A DNA stretch of 64,000 nt from Callorhinchus milii (taxonomy: Eukaryota). This document shows, in pieces, positions 54,501-64,000 of the stretch; the first letter of the stretch is position 1; every line of letters begins with the position of its first letter. The notes beneath the pieces were generated by a model. It ran no database searches. It was not told the origin of the DNA and saw only the letters and a program-made list of their open reading frames with translations. Location: the NCBI RefSeq assembly GCF_018977255.1, contig NW_024704742.1, positions 89,406,001-89,470,000 of the forward strand, in the 5' to 3' direction. The translations under genes were made by a program, and so were the position numbers.

Positions 54501-56394
54501 AATATTTAATGGCATTTGTATTAATGAACCTCATAGTGAATGCTCTTTTCCTCCCTCGCCCCGAAGTCCCCAGGGCATTCATTATACCAAGGTCAGCCTG
54601 CACTTTAATATAAAGCTGGGTAGGTATTCACAGGAGGCAGAGCAGCACCACAGGGGTACCCTCTGTGCAGAAGCCATCTTGGATGTTCCATTGTAGATAC
54701 ACAAGAGCCTTGTTCTGCACTCGCCTTTATTGAACATTCTTACATTGCTAATGGAAAAGGTCTGTTTCAGAGTTAATTCATTGAGCTTGGCTTCAATCTA
54801 ATTTATTCTTTTTGGAACATTTTTCCACCTGTTCTCATTTAAGGGCTGGATTATTGGGCAATATTTAAGTCTTTTTCATACCAGTGCCTACTTTTAAATA
54901 GGAAAATCTATACATGCTTGCTTCAAGATCTGGGTTTTCTGTTCTGTTGGCTACAAATTGTTAATCCTCTCCATTCATGTCTGGAGTCAATGACCACTGG
55001 TGATGTTTTCTGTGGTCCACCAGCAGTGCATAGTGAGAATCATAGAGCTTATCTTAAATCCAGCAAGGTGCTGTAAGTGTCTCCTTTGCTGGAAAGAAAT
55101 CATTCAGATCAGGATTCTCTCCCTTGAGCCTCTCCCACACAAAGCTAGTTCTGCTTCTTTGCAGAGCATGATCTGAAGGATTCTTCAGGTGAGACCAACC
55201 ATGAAACCCAGTTGAGCCGCACTCTGCTGGCTCAGGAAAACTGGAGAAGGTGTCTTATCTTTTGGTGCTCAGATTTGCTTCTTTTTCGAGTCATGTGGCC
55301 ACTGTATTTCAAGCATTCAGTCATTACTCCCACTTGATAACTAAGGTGGTATCTTAACATTGCCAATCTCGTGTTCGAGTGTAGTCTGAAAATTACTCTT
55401 TGGGAGCAGAGAATTTGTGCCTACCTTTATCTGGCCTCAACAGTGGAAGCTGAGTATTCAGTGTTTCCGCACAGTGTAAGTGCTGGTTGTTCACTGAGGT
55501 CTTTTTCTATATTTAAAACCGTTGCTTTTCTGCAGGCTCTTTTAGTTGCCAAAATGAGAACTTTTTTTGTTTTCTCTCTCTTCCCCCAAGTAAATTGGTT
55601 TAATTTTGTACCAACTTTTAACAAATAGTGTCATTTTAGTTATCTTATCTTCCAAGCTTAAATATCCAGATCTGCCACTTGTTTGGGACTAGACACTTCT
55701 CTTAGAGGTTTTTTTTAATGCTTTTTTAAAAAAGTAATGCTTCCATCATGTTATTGTTGTAAAGAAGGCTTCATGTTGCATGGCTTCAGGCCAGTTTTTC
55801 CATAAATAGTCAAAAGGTTTATTGTATGACTTTAATCTGCCATTGAATCCACTTTATAGAGAAGCACACTATTGCTGGGATATTAAATCACTGAATACCA
55901 GTGTGAAATACCCCTTTCTCATTCATTTTCAACTAGAAACCATATTGAAAAGCCAGCCTTTTGAGGATCTTTCTGCAATAATCCTAAAGTAGCTTGTGTA
56001 CCAATTAAGTAACTTTAGTTTTCCCCACCACCAATCACTACGCTAATGAACTATATCTAATCTAAATTGGACGGTGGAGGGAAGAAGGGAGAAAAGGGAG
56101 ATTCCCCTTTTATTTCCTTGTCAAATACATTTCTGTTTCACTACAAATAAATTAATTCATACAGTTTCATCTGGTGCCTCCTCGATCTTTTAATGGGACT
56201 GTATTTATTCCCTGCATTTCACTTTGTGTGTCTGCCACAACAGTGTTGAAATGATTCCCATTTTGCAGGAGCCATGGCTAAGACCCTAAATTTGGATTGG
56301 AGTGTTTACTCTGGCACGAATATGCCATTGTTGCTGTAGCTGAAGATGTTGCTGTTAACTGACAAAATGGCTTTCAGAATTTTATTTTGGCTTG

Positions 56395-56810
56395 GTTACA
56401 TCCACTCTTGCCTCTGAGTCAGAAGCTTGTGAGTTCAGGACATTATACTCAATCTAGGCTAACATTACAGTACATTGTTGGGAGTACTGCATTGTTGGGA
56501 GTGCTGTAATGTTAGAGGTGTTGTTCTTTGGATGAGATATTAAACTGAGGTCCATTCTACCTATTCAGGTGGACATTAAAAATCCCATAGCACTATTTGA
56601 AAAGAAAAGTGAGTTTTTTTCCCCCCTGTGTATCGTATCGAACTATCCCTTTCGCACCCACACACATTCCTCATTCACTTATTGACTTTGGGACCATACT
56701 GTGCATAAATTGTCTGCTGTGTTAGCCTGCAAAGTTGTCACTACACTTCACAATGTATCCTATAAAGTACTTTGAGACCTCTTAATGACATGAGGCCCTA
56801 TGAAATGAAG
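56395..56810 (+). mobile_element. Older DeuSINE-like element (SacSINE1/AmnSINE1-like)
   Basis: gcctctgagtcagaag head and ggatgagatattaaactgaggtcc...caggtggacattaaaaatcccatagcactatttgaa, which resembles the Deu domain from recall. Confidence 0.65.
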
Positions 56811-57606
56811 GAAATGTCTGAAATTGGGAGTTCCAAGTGGATGCAGGTGGTTTGTATGTGAGGCAAATAATGCTTCCTCTGATTTGTGCACATTGGTTTA
56901 TTCTGCCTGATTGTTCTCTAATCTTTGGCTTAGTGAATCGTGGTGGTCTAGTGGTATAGCTGGAGATATCAATTATTCCTTATTAAATATTTGTGGGCTT
57001 TAGTGCATTGACCTTAACCTATACATTTATAAATAAATAGTAGTCTTTTGTGTTTTGAAATTAACTTTTGGTTCTTTACCAGACTTCGGGTGAGGGAGGG
57101 GAAAAGGGGCTTCTGAGCAAAATAGGCACCTCGGAGGGTAGGGTGTTGGTAAGAGTCCTGTTTGTACATTGTTAGAGATTTGGGGCAGACTGAGAAGTAG
57201 ATGCCTGCAGATCTTCTCTTAGCATGCAACATTTGTTGCAGTAATTGAAGTCTAAATTATTATAATCCTGTAAATCTTTGAAATAGTTCATTACTTTTGA
57301 GTAAGGCTCTGCTTTCAGACTGAAAGTTTTACTGGTTTGTCTGGGGGTTGGGGGCATTTATCCAGCCCTAAAATGAAGGCAGATTTAGATTTCTGTGGTA
57401 TAAAATCTTTGTGCAACAGACTAGTTTCTCTGAAATTCTTCACTAATGTAGGTCTGTAACTGGAGCTTCCCTCTTGGTGGGTGTACAAAGATTTCTTTCT
57501 GTGAAATCTTATCACTTTTAAAGTTCTCTTGTGTAATATTTGCCAGAAAATTTGTCATTTGCTATTTTTGTATGCTTTGTAACAAGCTAAACATTGTTCT
57601 CTTTAG

Positions 57607-57765
<159 letters not shown>

Positions 57766-58337
57766 TAGGCGCCCACTCTTTTGTCTCTACACCTTTCTCT
57801 TTAATCTGGCAGGTTGTGCAATATGCCGTTTTCAATTGCTGCTGTGTTGCCTCCAGAGCTTGTCAAAGGTTGTGATATGTGGCCCAGAAAATGCAATTTT
57901 CTGCTGGAATTGTTCATAAATATGCATGGACAGAAATAGATTTAAGAGCTCACACTGACTTAAGTCATTTCCCACCCTGGAGGTGCAGGTTTGAACTGTG
58001 CTTTCACGGCTGGTGAAGTAATAAATTTAAAGCGGCTATAATCTTTATTTTGAAGCTGCTGTATGACGATTGAGTCTTAATCCTCCTCGTGTTGCTAATG
58101 TGTTTTTTTTAAATTGAGCAGGAATGTAAAGCAAACTTTAAAAAGCTTAGAAATGGGATTTAAACTGATAATTGCTGTTAAAGCAGTTTTCAAGGTGGTT
58201 TTATGTAGAATAGGCATGTCTGGATTGTGCAGATAGGTGGTGGTGTGTGAAGTCAATACGAATTTGGTTATGGCTGGCTGCCAAGTTCTGCAATGCTGAG
58301 AATAGTCGAGAGGAATGTTGCTGTCAGAGAGCAAATT

Positions 58338-58358
58338 GTAGCTGTCCTAGGTGCTGAA
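58338..58358 (-). promoter_or_regulatory. RE1/NRSE (REST binding site)
   Basis: Minus strand reads TTCAGCACCTAGGACAGCTAC versus canonical TTCAGCACCnnGGACAGCGCC. Both half-sites are perfect with the 2-nt spacer. Confidence 0.75.
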
Positions 58359-59069
58359 ATCTTTAAAGAAAAGCAGACATCTAACCTTTTTGGAAGTCAT
58401 TTGTAGGATAAAAACAACTGCGCACAAATGAGCATTTGACTGGCAAAGCATCTATCTTCAGGAAACAAATGTTTGTTTATGCTGTCTCCCATTTGAATGG
58501 CTTCTTGTAAAATTAGTCGTACTACTATTGGCAAATGTTTTATTTGAAGGGGCTTCCTTTCCTTGGTGTGCCCATATTGAACTATTTCCAGTCAGAACTT
58601 TGATGTGGCTTCGCCCTAGGCACAGATCACCTCACTTGGTTTGATTTCTGAGGAGGCACAGTAACTTGGCAACATTTCCATACACCTTTCTTTGGTCTAG
58701 CATCACAATCATCCATGTTGACAGTTAGCACTTGGCCTTCAGCAAAGTATTGTGGGAGGTTTATGTATTTGACTATTATACATGATGCCACTTCAATGTG
58801 TTCATAGTGCTAATCTTGCTTGGCCTCAGTATGGGTAGAGATCTGGTAATTGTAAGATTGCTTGCAATAAAACTTCAACCACTTGACCTCCCCTGGTTTT
58901 ATCTACATAGACATAAAAGGTGTGCATTATATATTATATTTATATACATGTGTGCAAAGGTTCTTTCAGTGGATATGATAAACTAAGGAATAATGCAAAT
59001 GACTATAGGGAGAATATACAAGTTAGCATACAGATAAGTTAATGGAGTGATCAGATGGAATTTTGATGT

Positions 59070-59428
59070 GGAGTCTTGTATCTCAGTGGATAGAGCACTT
59101 GTCTCGCAAAGGAGAGTCCTGGGTTCAATTCCCAGCAGGGCGAAGTATTGAGCAAATTTCCTTACTCCACACGCCTCTGTTTACCTAGTAGTAAGTAGGA
59201 GCCCGATTATTATTCGATTGGCGGATCACTTTTCCAGGGATAATAATTCTTTCAAAATAATAATAATAAATTGGTCACTCCAATCTTCGACTGTTTGTGG
59301 GACACTGCTGTATGCAGCATTTCACCCTCAAAAAATAGTCAATTCAATTTTTCAGTATATTCTGTGAAGCGCTTTGAGACGTCTTGAAGAAGTGATAAGG
59401 CGCTATATCAAATGCAAGGATATTATAA
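59070..59428 (+). mobile_element. tRNA-derived SINE, long form, full length
   Basis: Head ggagtcttgtatctcagtgg, B box gggttcaattccc, tail gcaaggatattat. Confidence 0.9.
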
Positions 59429-59837
59429 TTCGAAAACGAAATATGAAGCAATGCATTTTTGAAAGAACAAGGAATGGATATAGATCCAAATAGTAATATT
59501 ACTGGAATAAATAGGAGTACAGATGCATGGAATTTTATGTGAGAATGAAAGCAGATTAGGCCATAAAAATGAAGCAAATGGAATTATTCTATATATACTG
59601 TACAATTGAACCAAACATTGCTTAGGCTGTCATTGGAGTTTTGTATTCAGTAGAACAAAGAAGAGAGGGTAGCTATGCTAAGTGACTAGTTTGTTTCTAG
59701 GATAATTTATAGGTGAAATAAACTATTTCATTTACTAAATATATGAAGTTCTTCCCTTTTTAGGTAAGCCAGATGGTCCCTCCAGGTGGAGAGTGCACAT
59801 TCCAGTCCAACAAATCTCTGGAATTTCCATGTATATA

Positions 59838-60090
59838 TCAACACCAAATTACATTTGTATAGCACATTTCATGACAGGAGAACATTCCCAAAGCATTGGA
59901 CAGATTTGCACCCGAACTGGGGTTGGGATCAGGAGGGGTAGAGGGCAGGGAAGGTGGGGCTAGGAGGGTGACTGAAGGCATGTTAGAAGAGGAGGGTCTT
60001 AAGACGGGACTTGAAAGAGGCAATGGAGAGGTTGAGGTGAAGGACTGGGATGGAATTTCAAAGGGTGTGGGGGATACAAGGAACATGGAT
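59838..60090 (-). mobile_element. L2 3' end fragment
   Basis: Reverse complement resembles 62240-62490. Confidence 0.7.
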
Positions 60091-61374
60091 GCATGGTACT
60101 CTGATCTGGCTATTCTTAATTAAGCTTGTGTCAAACTCACGGCTGACAAAAACATTTTTTTTGTGGGAAGGCATTTCATATGTCTACATGGGAATGAGTT
60201 AAATTGCAGGAAGTCTGAATTGATAATGAATTGCTTAGCTAAATTGAATCAATACAAGTAGTGATGTTCTTAATCCCTGACTGTTCAGCGCCTTGGGACG
60301 TCCTCACGACGTGAAAGATGCTTTACAAATGTAATTTTGTTATTGTTGATGTTAGAATGGAAATAGCACAAGATGAAGTCAATGATGAGTGAAGATGTCT
60401 GAGTTTTGCTGTGAGGCTCTTCTAGTTAAACTTCAAAATTTGTGACAAAAGGCAGTACTTTTTTTAAAAAAAGCTTGAATCTGCAGCTTGCACAGGTATC
60501 CAAATTAAGGGAGAATCAATTAAATGGTTTCCTATATTTTGCCAATTCGATGTACATGCTATCAGAGCAAAATAAATGTAATTATCACTTCCCTTAATTT
60601 TTTCTTGTTGGAACTTGAGACTCAAGGACCATGATACATGTTGGACACAACGTTCTAACTTGTAAAGATCATCAGTGGGACCAACATTTGTAATGTGCAG
60701 TTGTAGGATCATGCTTTCAAAAGCCCTTGATGTAGGTGAGGATTTTTGGAAGAATGACTGACTGGTAGATGTTGAGAAGTGAATTATTCATTGCAGAAAA
60801 GATGAGCAAGAACATGGTCTCAATTTTTTGACTAATGCATAATGTAGTTGTAAACGGATTATTTAACTTGTTCTGTAAATACAAATCTAGAGGATTACAA
60901 TTTCAGGCAGAGTTGGATACCAGGTTTTAAACATTTTTTTGCCTTTGCCATTTAGAAGTGGTGCCTTCTCATCTATTACAGTATGTATAGTCCAGGGTCT
61001 AATAGCTTAACAGATATTACCAGATCAAACTCGAGTTTTCTGCTAGATCATTTTTTTCACTTTGTTTTGAATGTGGAAAACATTACCAACAGAACAGATT
61101 TGCAGCCTAAAGCTAATTGTGAACATTTGCCCGATTATAAATATGATTTGTGATGAAACCATCGCCAAGCAATTGCTCAATTAGGTAATTCATTCAATTT
61201 GTTTCTTGCACTTCTTTAGAGAAATCAGAAATCAGGTAACATCTAGTTCAGATCCAAATACTTAGTACTAGTTGCACATTTAGGAAGGCAAGTAGATTTA
61301 TTCAAAATTAATGGTGGATTGGACTTGGGACCAGAAGGTCCTTTGTTGCTATTATCTACTGAGGACTTAAGTTT

Positions 61375-62491
61375 CTTCCCTTCCCTCTGTCTCGTGCGGT
61401 GTCCCTCAGGGCTCTGTCCTCGGTCCCCTCCTCTTCACCCTCTATATGCTCCCCCTCGGTGACATCATCCACAGACATGGGGTTAACTTCCACATGTATG
61501 CAGATGACACCCAACTCTACCTTTCCTTCTCTACCCTCAACTCCACGACCACCGATGTCCTGACAGCTGCCTGTCCGACATCGAGTCCTGGACAAGAGAC
61601 AACTTTCTTCAGCTCAATGTGCGTAAAACTGAGGCCCTCCTGATTGGCTCACGTCAGCGCCTCCGCACCTCAGGCGCTGACACCATCAGCATCCAAGGCT
61701 GCACTCTCCACCTCTCAAAGCCAGTCAGGAACCTCGGGTTCTGTTCGACCCTGAGCTGTCCTTTCTCCCTCAAATCCGCACCACAACTGGCACTGCCTTC
61801 CACCACCTCCGGAACATCGCCAGACTACGGCACTACCTCACCCCTCACGCTGCTGAAACTCTGGTCCACACCTTTATCACCTCAAGGCTGGACTATGGGA
61901 ACTCTCTCCTCGCCGGCCTTCCCGCCACCTCCCTCCACAAGCTGCAGGTCGTTCAGAACTCTGCAGCTCGTGTACTGTCCCGCACCAGGCTTCGCGACCA
62001 CATCACTCCCACCCTCGCTCGCCTCCACTGGCTCCCCATCCCCCAGAGGATCGAATTCAAGATCCTCATCCTCACCTACAACGCCATTCACGGCCTTGCT
62101 CCCTCCTACCTCTCTGACCTACTATCCCCCTACCTACCTGCCCGTACCCTCCGTTCCTCTGGCTCCGGTCTGCTCCACATCCCCCGCCCTAACCGCCCTT
62201 CCATCGGTGGCCGGGCCTTCAGCCTCTCAGCCCCGAGGCTCTGGAACTCTATCCCCCAGTGCCTTCGCCACCTCCTCCCTTTCCTCCTTCAAGGCCGGTC
62301 TCAAGACCTTTCTCTTCAACCGAGCCTTCAGCTCCCCTCTCGACTCTCTACCCCCTCCTCGCTCCCTCCCTTCCCTCCCCTCACCCTGACCATTTCCCCC
62401 CTGCTCGGGTCCTGACCCAACTGTACAGCGCCTTGGGATATCCTCCCGACGTGAAAGGCGCTCTATAAATGAAATCTTGTTGTTGTTGTTG
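61375..62491 (+). mobile_element. 5'-truncated L2-clade LINE: partial RT, ORF2 C-terminus and 3' UTR; frameshifted
   Basis: [41 protein letters not shown] (RT YADD motif), SRLDYGNSLLAGLP, LHWLPIPQRIEFKIL; (TTG)n tail. Confidence 0.95.
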
Positions 62492-63275
62492 TATTCATGC
62501 TCAATAAAATAAGTACCATGCATGACAAAATCCTCCCTGGGCGGGAGTGATTGAACCAGCTTACAACTTACAGAGGACATGTGCTTGCTGAAACTGGCAG
62601 GTTCTTACCAATTCAGTGCAATCTTGACCAACCTGTCTGTGTCGATAGTAAGACTTGTGTGCAACATGGCCTCAATTGTTAACCTTAATCCAAGGTACCG
62701 TTGGGTTGATAAATACAGTTCAATTTAATCAGGTGGTCACAGTTGTGTGGACTTTCAGTACAAATTTGCAGTTCACCAATGTGATGGTGGATTTTACATA
62801 AGGAAAATTTTGCAAATCGCATCCTGTCAATTTAAAACACTTCTCCAGAAGCTGCATGTCATACCACAAACTCAGTCTTTGATTGTACGCATTCATACAT
62901 ATACAAAACTCCTTCATGAAGATACTGTACATAAATGAGGGAGCAGGAAATTGCGAGGTATGGGGTAGGATAGGGAAGTTGGGATTAGGATGGGTGGAGG
63001 TTTACGTAGTGTATGAATAAACAGGTTGGGTCAAATAACCTGTTTCAGTATTGTGGTTTATATGTAAATACGTTAGAGCTTTGGAGCCACAGTAAGATTC
63101 AGAAGCCTGTTGTACCTATTGTTGTGGCAATTAACACCTTTTCAATTCCCCAAAATACTAAGTTAGCTTTGATATTAAGTCTTAACTGATCGGAAGGATG
63201 CTGCTATTGATATAATATATAGAAAGTATATGTACTCCGAAAAACTTTTCCTGAGAAGATTAAATCAGACCATGT

Positions 63276-63607
63276 GGAGTCCTGTAGCTCAGTGGAGTCC
63301 TGTAGCTCATTGATTAGAGCACTCGCTTTGCAAGCGAGAGACCGGAGTTCAATTCCAGGCAGAGGGCGAAACCTTGGGCAAGTTTCCTTACTCCACACGC
63401 CTAATAATAATCCCTCCAAGACCAAAAGCAATAATAAATTGGTCATTTTCAATCTAAGACTGTTTGTGGGACATTGCTGTGCGCAATTGGCTGCCGCGTT
63501 CGCCCACAAATATACAGTCAATTCACTTTACAGTTTGTTCTGTGAAGCGCTTTGGGACGTCCTCCTGACATGAAAAGCGCTATATCAAATGCAAGGATTA
63601 TTATTAT
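63276..63607 (+). mobile_element. tRNA-derived SINE, short form, with duplicated 5' 17-mer
   Basis: GGAGTCCTGTAGCTCAGT followed by GGAGTCCTGTAGCTCATT; the body is near-identical to 25967-26280. Confidence 0.92.
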
Positions 63608-64000
63608 GAAGGAGTGGATTCCGGATCTAAGCGATGGCTTCATTACCTTGTTTCAGTGTGTTCAGGGACTTTGTTCAATGGACCTTGTCTCAAATTTCAA
63701 GTTGCAAGTTCCACACTCCCTTATACTTTTAGCTTTCAATCGAATAAATTTTTTGTTTGGTTCAAATAGTGAAAGAGGACTTTTTCTTAATGTTTGGACT
63801 TGAAGATGGGCAAATGAGTCTTATCTCAAAAGATGTATATTAGTATTGTAATTAAGTTTTGCAATTATGTTGCTCCGATTCAGGTGTGCTGAAGAATTTT
63901 CACCCTGTCCCATCAAGCTCACTTAGTGAAGCTGGTGAATCTCGTTTGGATGGCTGAGCCTTGTTTGGATGGTTTTCTGATCTAAATGATAGTAGGGTTT

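Noticed and set aside
61446..62389. Intact reverse transcriptase gene or novel RT system
   Set aside because: 5'-truncated, frameshifted L2 retrotransposon copy.

Overview
This is vertebrate genomic DNA; the repeat content suggests a cartilaginous fish (inference). The window holds the 5' part of ELAVL2 (HuB), a neuronal RRM RNA-binding protein gene on the + strand. It includes a CpG-island promoter (~9.6-10 kb), a probable non-coding first exon ending at 10491, and an alternative N-terminal coding exon (37989-38079, MAVRLCDV...). Three core coding exons (43080-43335, 51465-51568, 57607-57760) encode RRM1 and the first half of RRM2; the rest of the gene lies beyond the window. Intron 1 holds a 2.6-kb compound minisatellite. 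The introns are dense in tRNA-derived SINEs and L2 and CR1 LINE fragments. I found no convincing wholly new biological system. The best leads are a near-perfect intronic REST site, a hairpin-masked 24-nt poison microexon candidate, recursive-splice-like sites, a stop-free exon 3+4 circle, a SINE/L2 shared tail, and a CpG-retaining domain bounded by the minisatellite. Exon numbers used here are my own: exon 2=43080, exon 3=51465, exon 4=57607.
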